This document shows positions 1-9,761 of a DNA stretch of 64,000 bases, piece by piece (within the stretch, counting starts at the first letter, position 1; every line of letters begins with the position of its first letter). The stretch comes from an uncultured delta proteobacterium (GTDB lineage Bacteria > Desulfobacterota > BSN033 > UBA1163): the NCBI GenBank assembly GCA_963708295.1, contig CAVPSJ010000001.1, positions 32,001 through 96,000 on the forward strand, in the 5' to 3' direction. The translations under genes and the position numbers were made by a program. The notes under the pieces were generated by a model. It had not been told where the DNA came from, ran no database searches, and saw only the letters and a program-made list of their open reading frames with translations.

Positions 1-139
1 CGTCCCTGTTCTCCTATTAGCATACCAGACCCTGATGGATTGGGAAATATGAAAATCAGATTCATTTGAAAACGGGAAGGATAGCCCGGGAAGAATAAAT
101 GAACGAAAGGCGGGTTTTACAAATTGCAGAAGCGGGAAA

Positions 140-162
140 GGGCGGGGTTTAAAACCCCGCCC
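140..162 (-). terminator. Intrinsic terminator-like hairpin downstream of 180..557
   Basis: Perfect 11-bp inverted repeat gggcggggttt-a-aaaccccgccc followed by TTT on the minus strand, 18 bp after the stop codon. Confidence 0.65.
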
Positions 163-179
163 CGGATTGATTAAATTGA

Positions 180-557
180 TTAGTAAGGTCTGTAATACCC
201 TTCGACCCAGACCTTTCTCTCCTCGTAGTATCCAGGGGCTTGGCGATTTTCATAATGTCCGGACACTCCACGTCCCCAGCGGTCTCGATAACCAGGTATC
301 CAAACTCTTTCCCAACCTCCGGGAACCCATTCGCGAGTCATCTCCCAGTGGCCCGGAACATATTCCTGTCGCGGCGGATAGTAATGATGTTCCGGTGCTG
401 GCGCGATAACGACCGGGGGCGGCAGGGCGGCGAGGGCGAACAGTCCTCCTAAGGCGAGTGCTTTGAATATGTCTTTTGATCCTGCCTCGGCAGTGGGGAT
501 GGTGAAAACAGAGATTAAGGCCAAAACCAAGATCGTCAGAGCTAATTTTTTCCACAT
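180..557 (-). CDS. Secreted protein with YXWGXW-like (W-x-P-G-x-W) repeats
   Basis: Signal peptide (AEA cleavage), Pro-rich linker, repeated VPGHW/VPGGW/IPGY/VEGY units; RBS ggagg upstream. Confidence 0.75.
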   Translation of the reverse strand: MWKKLALTILVLALISVFTIPTAEAGSKDIFKALALGGLFALAALPPPVVIAPAPEHHYYPPRQEYVPGHWEMTREWVPGGWERVWIPGYRDRWGRGVSGHYENRQAPGYYEERKVWVEGYYRPY

Positions 558-600
558 AGAAGGTCCCTCCTTTAGGATGTTTTTGTTTGTCTTTTACTTT

Positions 601-630
601 TTTAGACGGAGGGCGCAGAGAACTTATTCA
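601..630 (-). promoter_or_regulatory. ECF sigma-type promoter TGAATAA-N15-CGTCTAAA
   Basis: Same bipartite motif as upstream of the ECF sigma gene (2309-2338). Confidence 0.7.
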
Positions 631-702
631 AAAAAAGTTTAGGTGGGGGAGACGGAAGCCAAAAGAGGAAACAGAACAATGGGCAGAGTCAAATGACTGT
701 CA

Positions 703-1143
703 TTAGAAGCGGGCGGAGACGGCATAGATGACGACGCCTTCTCCGTGTCTTGGACCCCCGATCAAGACTGTCCTCCCGGGGGAAAGTCTGACCTGGGTAT
801 CAAGAACATCCTTTCCTTCACGAATGACCCTTATCCTTAATTTGGCGGCTTCTTTCTGCAATCCCACCAAAGTGACTTCCATGAACCTTCCAGGATGGGC
901 CATGATGGTGGCGGGTTGGTTTGGGGAAAGTCTAAGGTTCTCTTCCCTCAGCAGGCGATAAGAAGTGAAGTTGAAAAGGGACCCCAACTCCTTGTGCACA
1001 TCCCTTAAAGAGGGATCAATGTTCTGGCCGACGTTCGAGGCCTGGATGACCCTCATCCGGACCGGAACTTGCGCGGAAGCTGTTAAGGTTGAGAAGAGAG
1101 AAAAAACGAAGAAGGCAGCCAGGAGGAAACCTGTTCTTCTCAT
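703..1143 (-). CDS. Secreted/periplasmic protein in ECF operon
   Basis: Likely start MRRTGFLL overlaps the anti-sigma stop; signal peptide ending ASA-Q. Confidence 0.7.
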   Translation of the reverse strand: MRRTGFLLAAFFVFSLFSTLTASAQVPVRMRVIQASNVGQNIDPSLRDVHKELGSLFNFTSYRLLREENLRLSPNQPATIMAHPGRFMEVTLVGLQKEAAKLRIRVIREGKDVLDTQVRLSPGRTVLIGGPRHGEGVVIYAVSARF

Positions 1144-1652
1144 ATCGTTGTCCGTTCCTCCTCCGGACCCTCGAACAGCCATATGACCGTTACCTTCGGT
1201 TCTTCCAACTGATAGACCATCACATTATCGCTCTGACTCTCGATGTATTCTACAACAGATACCTCCGGAGAGGAAGGGGTTTTTTTCAAAATAATCTGGG
1301 TCGTAACAAACAGGAGGACCACGACGGTTGCCACCGCAGGAATCCAGACTCTTTTCTTAAAGAGAGGGGTGACGTCAAGCCAGGAACGGAGGGATTGCCA
1401 CCAGGTTAACTTCTCCTGCTGACGAATTCCCCTCTCGATTTTCTGCCACACCCACGGGAAATCCTCCTTCCGGGTTGCCGCTTCTACAGGAGCTTTTATC
1501 AATGTCCTGAATTCCTCCATCGACTTCAACGCGTCCCGGCACCCCGGGCACTCCTGAAGATGGCCTTCCATGAGAAGTTTTTCCTCGTCCGTGACCTCCT
1601 GGTCAAAATATTTTTCTAAAACCGTTGATACTGAGGAACAGGAATTTTTCAT
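1140..1652 (-). CDS. Zinc-finger (zf-HC2) transmembrane anti-sigma factor
   Basis: HLQECPGC motif, single TM helix, directly downstream of an ECF sigma gene. Confidence 0.88.
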   Translation of the reverse strand: MKNSCSSVSTVLEKYFDQEVTDEEKLLMEGHLQECPGCRDALKSMEEFRTLIKAPVEAATRKEDFPWVWQKIERGIRQQEKLTWWQSLRSWLDVTPLFKKRVWIPAVATVVVLLFVTTQIILKKTPSSPEVSVVEYIESQSDNVMVYQLEEPKVTVIWLFEGPEEERTTI

Positions 1653-1699
1653 CTGCCTTCCCCCGCTTTACGCGCCTTCGCCAAAAACATCGGCCTGAC

Positions 1700-2296
1700 C
1701 TACCTTTCTGAAACGGTAGAAATGCCACGGTCCTGGCCGTGGACCTTCACATAGTCTTTTAACGACTCTTGCATCCTTTTTCTGCCATAATGAAGACGGG
1801 ACATCACCGTCCCGATGGAGCATCCCATAGCCTCTGCCATCTCCTGGTAGGAGAGGCCTTCCACATCTCTATAAATAAGAGCGGCCCTCTGTTCATCGGG
1901 AAGTTTATCCATTGCCAGTTTTACCCTTTCTTCCAGCTCCTTTTGGAGAAGGACCCTTTCGGGCCCTTTTTCAGCCTCTTCTGAAGGTTCGAAACTTCCT
2001 TCCTCATCAAGGCTTGACATGAATTGTTTCCCCGCCTTCCTCTTATGGTCGATCGCAGTGTTCATTACCATCCGATAAAGATAAGTATAGAAATGGGACC
2101 TCCCTTTAAAGTTTTTGATGGACCGAAACAGCTTGATAAAAACTTCCTGAACGACATCCAGGGCTTCCTCCCTTTGCCTCACCACACCATACGCAATCCG
2201 GTAGACCTTCTCATGATATTTATCGAAGATCTCCTTCAACGCCTCTTGATCTCCTTGCTGGCACCTGGAGATTATCTCGGTTTCTTCACGCTCCAC
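1700..2296 (-). CDS. ECF (RpoE-family) RNA polymerase sigma factor
   Basis: Region 2 DVVQEVFIK..FYTYLYR and region 4 GLSYQEMAEAMGCSIGTVMSRLHYGR. Confidence 0.95.
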   Translation of the reverse strand: MEREETEIISRCQQGDQEALKEIFDKYHEKVYRIAYGVVRQREEALDVVQEVFIKLFRSIKNFKGRSHFYTYLYRMVMNTAIDHKRKAGKQFMSSLDEEGSFEPSEEAEKGPERVLLQKELEERVKLAMDKLPDEQRAALIYRDVEGLSYQEMAEAMGCSIGTVMSRLHYGRKRMQESLKDYVKVHGQDRGISTVSER

Positions 2297-2308
2297 TGTC
2301 TCTTAACC

Positions 2309-2338
2309 TTTTAGACGATAAACTCTCTGAATTATTCA
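2309..2338 (-). promoter_or_regulatory. Autoregulatory ECF promoter TGAATAA-N14-CGTCTAAAA
   Basis: Directly upstream of the sigma start; motif repeated at 601-630. Confidence 0.7.
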
Positions 2339-2442
2339 AATATTAAAATTATATTCATTGTAACCCAATTGTCCACCCTTATTATAATTTTAATTGAAAG
2401 ATTCGGATTTTCAGGATACTAATAGGTATCCTTTTCCAAGGA

Positions 2443-3159
2443 GTGCGAAGAAGGGTGTCCATACCGAAGCAAAAGGCATCTGATCATGGCCGATATTCCC
2501 ATTGGTTCTTGCTGGTTGCGTCCATTTTCATCACCTGCCTGATTACCTCTAACATCATCGCGGTCAAGCTCGTCAATATTTTCGGACTCCTATTGCCGGC
2601 AGCCATCCTTATCTTCCCGATCGGCTACATTTTTGGCGATGTGCTCACAGAAGTTTATGGGTATCGACAGGCCAGACGGGTGATCTGGCTGGGGTTTTTC
2701 TGCAACCTGATCACGGTGGCGGCAATATGGCTGGGACAGATTCTGCCCGCTGCCTCTTTCTGGGATGGACAGGCAGCGTACGAACGGATCCTGGGTTACA
2801 CGCCGCGATTGCTTGGAGCCTCTTTTGTGGCCTACCTGGTTGGAGAATTCGCCAACTCCTTTGTGCTGGCGAAGATGAAAATTGCAACAAAGGGCCGCTG
2901 GCTATGGACCCGAACGATCGGTTCGACCCTTGTCGGCCAGGGCCTGGATTCCGTTCTATTCATGACCCTTGCATTTGCGGGGACGATTCCTCTGTCCGGT
3001 CTCGCAAATGCCATCGTGGTTCAGTGGCTCTCCAAATCGGTCTATGAAGCCATCGCCACCCCTTTGACGTACGGCGCAGTGAACTTCCTGAAGAAAAAGG
3101 AAGGATTGGATGCCTTTGATTATGACACGCAGTTTAACCCCCTTCTGATTGGAGAGTGA
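2443..3159 (+). CDS. yhhQ: Queuosine precursor transporter (YhhQ/VUT family)
   Basis: SNIIAVK, FPIGYIFGDVLTEVYG, RTIGSTLVGQGLDS motifs. Confidence 0.88.
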   Translation: MRRRVSIPKQKASDHGRYSHWFLLVASIFITCLITSNIIAVKLVNIFGLLLPAAILIFPIGYIFGDVLTEVYGYRQARRVIWLGFFCNLITVAAIWLGQILPAASFWDGQAAYERILGYTPRLLGASFVAYLVGEFANSFVLAKMKIATKGRWLWTRTIGSTLVGQGLDSVLFMTLAFAGTIPLSGLANAIVVQWLSKSVYEAIATPLTYGAVNFLKKKEGLDAFDYDTQFNPLLIGE

Positions 3160-3412
3160 CTTTCCATTGGATGCAATCAAGCGAATTGGATTACTGATCA
3201 TCGGCTGGTTATTCATCGGTTTAGGGGTTGTCGGCCTATTCCTCCCTTTTCTGCAGGGAGTTCTATTTATCCTGATTGGTCTTGCCATCCTCTCTTCTCG
3301 AAGCGAGATCATCAATCGGTTCTTGAAATATCTTGAGGAGCGTTATCCCCACCTTCACGAGCGCGTGGAGAAATGGAAAGCGAAGATCCGAGGCTGGTTC
3401 AAGAAGGATTGA
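3149..3412 (+). CDS. Small membrane protein (PGPGW/DUF454-like)
   Basis: GWLFIGLGVVGLFLPFLQG hairpin-TM motif; start uncertain. Confidence 0.65.
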   Translation: MESDFPLDAIKRIGLLIIGWLFIGLGVVGLFLPFLQGVLFILIGLAILSSRSEIINRFLKYLEERYPHLHERVEKWKAKIRGWFKKD

Positions 3413-3427
3413 GAGGAAAAAGGGCTT

Positions 3428-5783
3428 ATGTCGATTGAAGAGATTATCGAATCCTGGAAACGGTCCCGTGCCATCTCACCCTGTATCACGGATCTTCGAA
3501 TTTCTAAGAAGAAGGAAGGGCAATATCGCTCTTTTCCGAAGTTCATCCATCCGGCCATCCGGGAGGCTTTGAAAACACAGGGAATCGAGCAGCTCTATTC
3601 CCATCAGGTCGATGCGATCGAGGCGGTTCATCAGGGAAAGGACATCGTCGTCGTCAGCCCGACCGCTTCCGGAAAGACCCTTTGCTACAACCTTCCCGTA
3701 TTGAACACCAAGCTGGAGGCCCCTTCTTCAAAGGCTTTTTACCTCTTTCCCACCAAAGCCCTTTCGCAGGATCAGATGTTTGAACTACAAAAATTCATCG
3801 AGCGGATCGGAGAATCGACCACTACCTTCACCTATGACGGAGATACTCCCCAGGATGCCCGGCAGGCCATCCGGACCCGAGGGGATGTTGTGATCACCAA
3901 CCCCGACATGCTTCATACAGGGATCCTTCCCCACCACACGAAATGGATGAACTTCTTCCAGAATCTGAAATTCGTGGTGATTGATGAGCTCCATACCTAC
4001 CGGGGAGTCTTCGGGGCTCACATGACCAATGTCCTGAGACGGCTGGACCGGATCTGCCGTTTTTACGGATCGAAACCTCAATTCATCTGCTGCTCCGCGA
4101 CGATCGCCAACCCGAAAGAGTTAGCCGAAAAACTTCTCGGAAGGGATGTCTTCCTGGTGGATCAAAACGGGGCTCCGTCAGCGGAGAAGATCTTCATTTT
4201 TTATAATCCGCCCATCGTCAACAAGGAATTGGGGATTCGGGGAAGCCATATTCATGCAGCCAGAAGGCTGGCCACGCCCTTCATCGAGCAGGGGATTCAG
4301 ACGATTCTCTTCGCTACCAGCCGGCTCTCTGTCGAGGTGTTGACCAAATATTTGAAAGATCGCTTTGAGAAGAAACTGGAAGACAAAGGAAAAGTCAGAG
4401 GATATCGCGGGGGCTATCTTCCAAAGATGCGGAGGGAGATTGAAAAAGGGTTGAGGGAGAGAGAAGTCAAGAGCGGTGGTTTCCACCAATGCGCTGGAAC
4501 TTGGAATCGACATCGGGGATCTGGAGGTGTGCCTGATCGCGGGTTATCCCGGCACCATTGCCAGCACCTATCAGCAGGCAGGACGGGTGGGAAGACGGTC
4601 AGAAAAGTCGTTGGCGGTTCTTATCGCACGAAGCCAGCCCCTGGATCAGTTCATCATCGAAAACCCGGATTATTTCTTCGGTCAATCCCCGGAGCACGGA
4701 TTGATCAATCCGGATAACCTCCTCATCCTGCTCAGCCATATTCAGTGCGCGGCTTTTGAGCTTCCCTTCAGGGATGGGGAACGCTTCGGACGGGAAGATT
4801 TGAATGAGATGTTGAAGTACCTGGAGGAAAAAGGAACGCTTCATCATGTGGATCAAACACTGGTACTGGACACAGGATGCCTATCCTGCGGAGAAGGTCA
4901 GCCTCCGCTCCGCCTCAGAGGAAAATTTCGTAGTGGTCGATATCACGAAGAAAAAGGACGAGGTGATCGCCGAGGTGGACTTTACCGGGGCCCACACGAC
5001 CCTTTATGAAGGGGCGGTTTACCTCTGCGAATCGGAACTCTACACGGTGGAGAAGCTCGACTACCCGAACCGCAGGGCCTACGTCAGGAAGACCGAAGGG
5101 GATTATTACACCGATGCGATTGACTACACCGACGTCTCGATCCTGGAGGGGTTCGAGAGAAAGCAGGGTGAGGGCACGGTCTTCGAACATGGCGAGGTAA
5201 AGATTGCGACCCGTGTGGTCGGTTATAAAAAGATCAAGTTCTATACCCTCGAGAATCTGGGTTACGGTAAGATCGAGCTTCCGGATCTCCAGTTTCACAC
5301 CACCTCCTACTGGATCACTTTCAGAAGGGATTTGTTAGAGCGACTTCCTTATTCCCGTTTGGAGGTGATTGACGGGGTGTTGGGACTCGGCTATGCCCTT
5401 CATTCCATGGCAGCCCTTCACCTGATGTGCGATCCCCACGACCTCAGCCGCTGTGTCGGAGATCGAGGGGCAAAATGGTTCCTCAGACTTTCGAGGGATT
5501 CGAAAGGGATTTATTCTTCTTTCGACGCTCTGGACGAAGTTCCGCTGGAAGGGATGGAGATTTTTGAGCCGACCCTTTTTCTCTATGACAACTATCCGGG
5601 GGGGATGGGTTTCAGCCCACCAGCTCTTCGACGATACGCGCGTGCTCCTCGAGAAGACAATGAGACTCATTTCCAGGTGCGAGTGCCGGTACGGGCTGCC
5701 CGTCCTGCGTGGGTCCCTCGAAGGAGGTCGGCGAGAAATCGAAAGAAGTAGCGTTGGCACTGCTTGAAGAGATACTGAAGTAA
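3428..5783 (+). CDS. DEAH-box helicase with DUF1998 Zn domain (MrfA/YprA/Hrq1-like), read through four +1 frameshifts
   Basis: PTASGKT, DELH, SAT, TNALELGIDIG, QQAGRVGR; C-terminal CECRYGCPSCVG is restored by removing single bases near 4470, 4857, 5620 and 5693. Confidence 0.88.
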
Positions 5784-5796
5784 ACATTACGAATAT

Positions 5797-5933
5797 AAAT
5801 CCGAAGCACGAAGCACGAAATTCGAAACAAGCACGAATGTTCAAAATTCGAATGCCGGAATAAGCAGAAAGTCTTGAGTCTTGGATTTAAGCTTCGGATT
5901 TGTTTCGGATTTCGATATTCGAATTTCGAATTT
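5797..5933. repeat. Heptamer-arm inverted repeat element (NNNCGAA units)
   Basis: Left arm aaatccgaagcacgaagcacgaaattcgaaacaa pairs in register with right arm ttgtttcggatttcgatattcgaatttcgaattt; relatives at 16948 and 26745. Confidence 0.8.
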
Positions 5934-5947
5934 GATTGCAGTTCACG

Positions 5948-7230
5948 ATGGATCTCAAAGAACGGCTAAACAGACTGACTTCGATTTCAAAGACTCCAAC
6001 CGGAGGACAAACCTCAGGTGCTCGGGGACTTGCGGCAGAGGCTGGACCGGCTATTCGAACCGAAGAAGGCTTATCAGAAAAAGGTGGTCGTTCCTATCGA
6101 GCAACTGGTCAAGGGAGAGGTTGTTTCAATCCCTGAGGGAGAGACGCTTCCTGGCGAAAGAAGATTTCGCTCCGGACCTTCGATGTGGGGAGATGGCTCT
6201 GGCAGATATTCTCAATATTCCCACTTATCCTGCCCATCTTCTTTCCAGGGATGAGCGGCTTAAGGAATTGGATTTTCGAAAGGCGCTTTTTCTCGATACT
6301 GAAACAACCGGTCTGAGCGGAGGAACCGGGACCTTTGCCTTTATGGTGGGATTGGGGTTTTTTCAGGAGGATCGGTTTTCAGTTCATCAGTTTTTCATGA
6401 GGGATTATTCCGAAGAAAGGGCCTCCCTTTCTCTCCTCAAGAATGTGATTGATTCTTTCCAATTCTTAGTGACCTTCAATGGGCGGCAATACGATATCCC
6501 GCTCCTCGAGACCCGATTTATTCTCTCCCGGATGGTCTCCAAGATAAGGGAAATGCCCAATTTTGATCTTCTTTACCCTTCCAGGAAGATTTGGAAAGGA
6601 GCTTATGAAAACTGCCGGCTGGTTACCCTTGAATCCCGACTTCTGGGGGTAGAAAGAACAGATGATATCCCATCCGAATGGATTCCCTCCCTTTACTTCG
6701 ATTACATCCAGACTGGCGATGCAAGAAAGATCTCGCAAGTCTTTTACCATAATCGGATGGATATCCTCTCGATGGTCGGCCTGGCCGGGAGGATCCACCT
6801 CGTCTATCATGATCCCCAGGCCGCCCGGCCGAGAAAAGGGATCGAACACTTTGCATTAGGCAGGCTCTTCTGGGAACACGGTCAGCGGGAGAAGGCCATC
6901 CCTTGCTTTGAAATCGCTCTTAAGCGGTGTAATGACGATCTGTCCTGGGAAGTGATGAAGTGGCTCTCGATGGCGTTCAAGAAGACAGGGCAGGGTGAGA
7001 AGGCACGATCTCTCTGGGAAGAGATGTTAAGCTGGCCTTATAAGAAGGAGATTTTCCCTTACATCGAATTGGCAAAGTACCATGAACACCGGCTCAAAGA
7101 TTGGGATAGGGCGATGGCCTATGTCGATGAGGCTTTAGACCTCGTTGCATCGCATCAACACGGGGAGATCGAGGTTCTCCGGCATAGAAAACGGAGACTG
7201 GAGCAGAAAAAAGGGTTAAACACGGTTTGA
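5948..7230 (+). CDS. RNase H-like (DEDD) exonuclease with TPR repeats (MrfB/YprB-like), two +1 frameshifts near the 5' end
   Basis: FLDTETTGL, VTFNGRQYDIP, HNRMDI, ELAKYHEH; follows the DUF1998 helicase; shifts near 5999 and 6147. Confidence 0.85.
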
Positions 7231-7248
7231 TGAGAGTTCAGATGAGAC

Positions 7249-7385
7249 CCAAATTCCGATTTAGGAATTGTCATTGCGAGGGAACCGAAGCAATCTCGTC
7301 TTTTTCAATCAGATTGCCACGCACCTTTCAGTTGCTCGCAATGACCGGATGGGGAAAGGGGTTCAGTTTCTATATCGGGATTTGG
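7249..7385. repeat. MITE-like element with nested GTCATTGCGAG...CTCGCAATGAC palindrome
   Basis: Outer 19-bp imperfect TIR ccaaattccgatttaggaa / tttctatatcgggatttgg; inner palindrome 7270-7345 with a relative at 14874. Confidence 0.65.
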
Positions 7386-7399
7386 ATGAGAGTTTAGTA

Positions 7400-7428
7400 T
7401 TGACAGCCACCTTATAAATTTCTATATT
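7400..7428 (+). promoter_or_regulatory. Sigma-70 promoter TTGACA-N17-TATATT
   Basis: Near-consensus match upstream of the FmdB-family gene. Confidence 0.6.
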
Positions 7429-7466
7429 AGAGTTAACTTGTTTTTGGAGGAAAGGAGGGAAAGGGG

Positions 7467-7631
7467 ATGCCCAGCTACGACTACCGATGTCCAAAATGTA
7501 AGAAGAAATTTACTGCCATGCTCAGCATCAGTGAACACGATGCCGGGAAGGCGAAATGCCCGAAATGCGGAGGAAAAAAACTAGAACAACTGATTAGTGG
7601 TTTCCAGGTAAAAACCTCAAGAAAGAGTTAA
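7467..7631 (+). CDS. FmdB-family zinc ribbon protein (54 aa, not in ORF track)
   Basis: MPSYDYRCPKC...CPKCGG; strong RBS aaggagg. Confidence 0.88.
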   Translation: MPSYDYRCPKCKKKFTAMLSISEHDAGKAKCPKCGGKKLEQLISGFQVKTSRKS

Positions 7632-7642
7632 GGGTTTAAAAA

Positions 7643-7802
7643 TCAATTTCAAATGTCAAAGTTCAAATTCTCCACAATGAAGAGTCAAACTCATCAAATT
7701 TCTAAACCTAGCCGGTGCACGAGCGGACGAATCTAAATTTGGGTTAAGACATTTGACATTGCTTTTTTTCATTTGGACTTTGAACTTTGACATTTGACAT
7801 TT
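7643..7802. repeat. Heptamer-arm inverted repeat element (TCAAATG units)
   Basis: tcaaatgtcaaagttcaaa (7649-7667) is the exact reverse complement of 7779-7797. Confidence 0.75.
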
Positions 7803-7809
7803 CTTCTTA

Positions 7810-8727
7810 TTACCTTTCTTCTATATCAATTCCAAAATGCTCAAGCGTCCTTTGGACCAGCAATTTCCAGAGGCGGTAGTTTTCCTCGGCGGGGAAAAAT
7901 TCGAGAAATCCCTTTGAAAATCGCACAGTCACATCCTTCGTGATTTCTTCAACCGACCAGCCCCCGTTGATTTTTTCCAGCACAAAGGCTTTAAAATCCT
8001 CAATCGATTGACGGTTCATCTGCAGATGTTTCCTTGCGAGGTCCTTTCCTATCATGGTCCCGTAGTGGCCCCTGCAAAGGATTTCCGGATCGATCGCTAT
8101 CATCTTATCGAGGGATTTTTCGGTCTCCCCCAGCCGGTACCAATAATTGGGCCTGAAGAAATCGGGTGGAGAATAGAACCCGGCTCCGTCCGAGCAGAAA
8201 AGGAGCCCTTCCTGTTCGACGAAAGCGGCTAAACAGTCAGGAGAGTGACCGGGGATCTCAAGAAATCTCATCCTGACTCCTCCGCCCAGGTCAAGGATGG
8301 ATCCCTCGCTGACGGTGATATCCAAAGGGAAGAAAGGGGAGGGCTGAAGAGCTGGAGCTTCCGAGATGATTCCTCCTTCCTTGAGAGCGAGCGTCATCTT
8401 TCGGTCGGAATCAAAAATCTTGGCGACGATCCGCTCGCTTGAAAAAATCGTTCGATTCAAATCAGAAGAAACGATTTTCATCCATGGGTATCTTCCCTTG
8501 AGAGTAGGAAAGACCATCATGTGGTCGAAATGGGAGTGGAGGATGACGAGGTGGGAGATGGCTTCGGGGGGAACGTCCAGTTGTTTCAATTGTTCCAAAA
8601 AAGGATAGGTGACGCCGCTGACCGCCCCTTCGACAATAGCATAGGTTTCCCCCTTCACCAGATAGAGGTTGAACAGTTCACTTCCCAAGAGGGTGATGTT
8701 TTTAGTGACTTGAAATGGAAGCTGCAT
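7810..8727 (-). CDS. MBL-fold metallo-hydrolase
   Basis: HSHFDH, PGHS, SDG and RGH motifs. Confidence 0.9.
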   Translation of the reverse strand: MQLPFQVTKNITLLGSELFNLYLVKGETYAIVEGAVSGVTYPFLEQLKQLDVPPEAISHLVILHSHFDHMMVFPTLKGRYPWMKIVSSDLNRTIFSSERIVAKIFDSDRKMTLALKEGGIISEAPALQPSPFFPLDITVSEGSILDLGGGVRMRFLEIPGHSPDCLAAFVEQEGLLFCSDGAGFYSPPDFFRPNYWYRLGETEKSLDKMIAIDPEILCRGHYGTMIGKDLARKHLQMNRQSIEDFKAFVLEKINGGWSVEEITKDVTVRFSKGFLEFFPAEENYRLWKLLVQRTLEHFGIDIEER

Positions 8728-8780
8728 GATTCAAATTAACCGATGCTATTGTATTGCTTCAAGAGTCCCTTTACTTTGAT

Positions 8781-8848
8781 TGTCATTCCGGGCTTGACTT
8801 AGCCTGCCCCGTACTAGATACGGGGGAATCCAGTATTTCTTAGCTGGA
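8781..8848. repeat. Truncated GTCATTCCGG...GGAATCCAG palindromic element with CCTGCCCCGTA insert
   Basis: Left half gtcattccgggcttgac...ggaatccag...ctgga is present; right half is replaced by the intI fragment. Confidence 0.5.
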
Positions 8849-8987
8849 ATATTATCGAGTTGGTAATTGCAGGATTTGAGAAATCTCCGCACCCAGTGAA
8901 TGTAGAACCGATTTTGTCTTGGGGTATAGTCCCCAATTTTGAAAGAAACTTCTCAAAATCTGCGAGCACACTCATTTCTTTGTCCAT
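8849..8987 (-). pseudogene. intI: Truncated integron integrase 5' fragment (N-terminal SAM-like region)
   Basis: MDKEMSVLADFEKFLSKLGTIPQDKI/RFYIHWVRRFLKSC with one frameshift near 8910; RBS gagg; divergent from attI and the cassettes. Confidence 0.6.
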
Positions 8988-9169
8988 GATTGTGCCTCAA
9001 TAAGAGATTGGAGGATTTAATTATATGCAATATAACATTACAATTCAAACAAATTATTTCAGGCAACAATATTTCGTGAAAAGATGGCCAAGTATTCAAC
9101 TATCTGATATTACTTAGATAAACGGCGATTTGTCGGATAACAAAAGTTTATCAGTCTGCGAAAATATGT

Positions 9170-9198
9170 TTGACAAAACCGACGAGTAAGTATAGGAT
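9170..9198 (+). promoter_or_regulatory. Pc-like cassette promoter TTGACA-N17-TAGGAT
   Basis: Points into the cassette array, ~30 bp upstream of the attI core. Confidence 0.6.
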
Positions 9199-9214
9199 TT
9201 TAGGAAATTACGAC

Positions 9215-9237
9215 ATGCAGTATAATTATTGTTCGCA
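9215..9237 (+). other. attI site (core GTTCGCA at 9231-9237)
   Basis: gtataa-ttatt-GTTCGCA; the core is the exact reverse complement of the next attC R'' (TGCGAAC). Confidence 0.65.
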
Positions 9238-9262
9238 GCAATTATCAAGATAAGGAGACACG

Positions 9263-9685
9263 GTGACATCGTTTAGGGCTACCCTGGCCGCCGCTATCGT
9301 CACCCTCTTCGTCTTCCTCGCTGGCCTGCAGAGTCCAGTTTGTGCGGAGCCACTGGAAAAGGCATTCCTGGGAACATGGGCGCCAAAGGGCTCTGAGGCA
9401 TGCAAGGCAGACCCTGTAGTCAAAGTGTTCCCAGACAAGATCATATTGCAGAATGGCGGAGACTCCGCCGAATTCGGCGATTTGGACGCATGCTACACAT
9501 GCGAAGGCGGCGCGAATTACAACGGGATAGTTGTTTGGGTCGTTCCCGAATTTAGCAAGAAATCCAATCCTTTCACCCTTTACTTCAATGCAAAGGAGAA
9601 CAAGGGCGTACTGGAGATCGAGTTTGCCGATGGGAGTCTTGCAAAGCGGTTTCCCTTGAAGTCGGTGCTCCGAAAATGCAAATAG
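9263..9685 (+). CDS. Integron cassette 1: secreted hypothetical protein
   Basis: RBS aaggag, signal peptide, CYTC; stop codon 2 bp before attC. Confidence 0.75.
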   Translation: MTSFRATLAAAIVTLFVFLAGLQSPVCAEPLEKAFLGTWAPKGSEACKADPVVKVFPDKIILQNGGDSAEFGDLDACYTCEGGANYNGIVVWVVPEFSKKSNPFTLYFNAKENKGVLEIEFADGSLAKRFPLKSVLRKCK

Positions 9686-9687
9686 AC

Positions 9688-9753
9688 TGCGAACCCGAGC
9701 GTGGAGCGGATGGCTTTCAGCCACGCGCTCACGCTCAACGCCGGGCGTTGGCA
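9688..9753 (+). other. attC site 1
   Basis: R'' TGCGAAC, L'' gtggagcg, central hairpin, L' cgctcaac, R' GTTGGCA. Confidence 0.72.
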
Positions 9754-9761
9754 TAGAAAAT

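Noticed and set aside
2340-2442. preQ1 riboswitch upstream of yhhQ
   Set aside because: No recognisable preQ1 stem-loop plus A-rich tail; the region looks like AT-rich divergent promoter DNA
5797-5933. Repeat clusters as a CRISPR array
   Set aside because: Units are 7-bp tandem and inverted with no unique spacers of regular length; no cas genes in the window
4460-6150. Programmed ribosomal frameshifting in the helicase/exonuclease
   Set aside because: Six shifts without slippery heptamers; sequence error is more parsimonious
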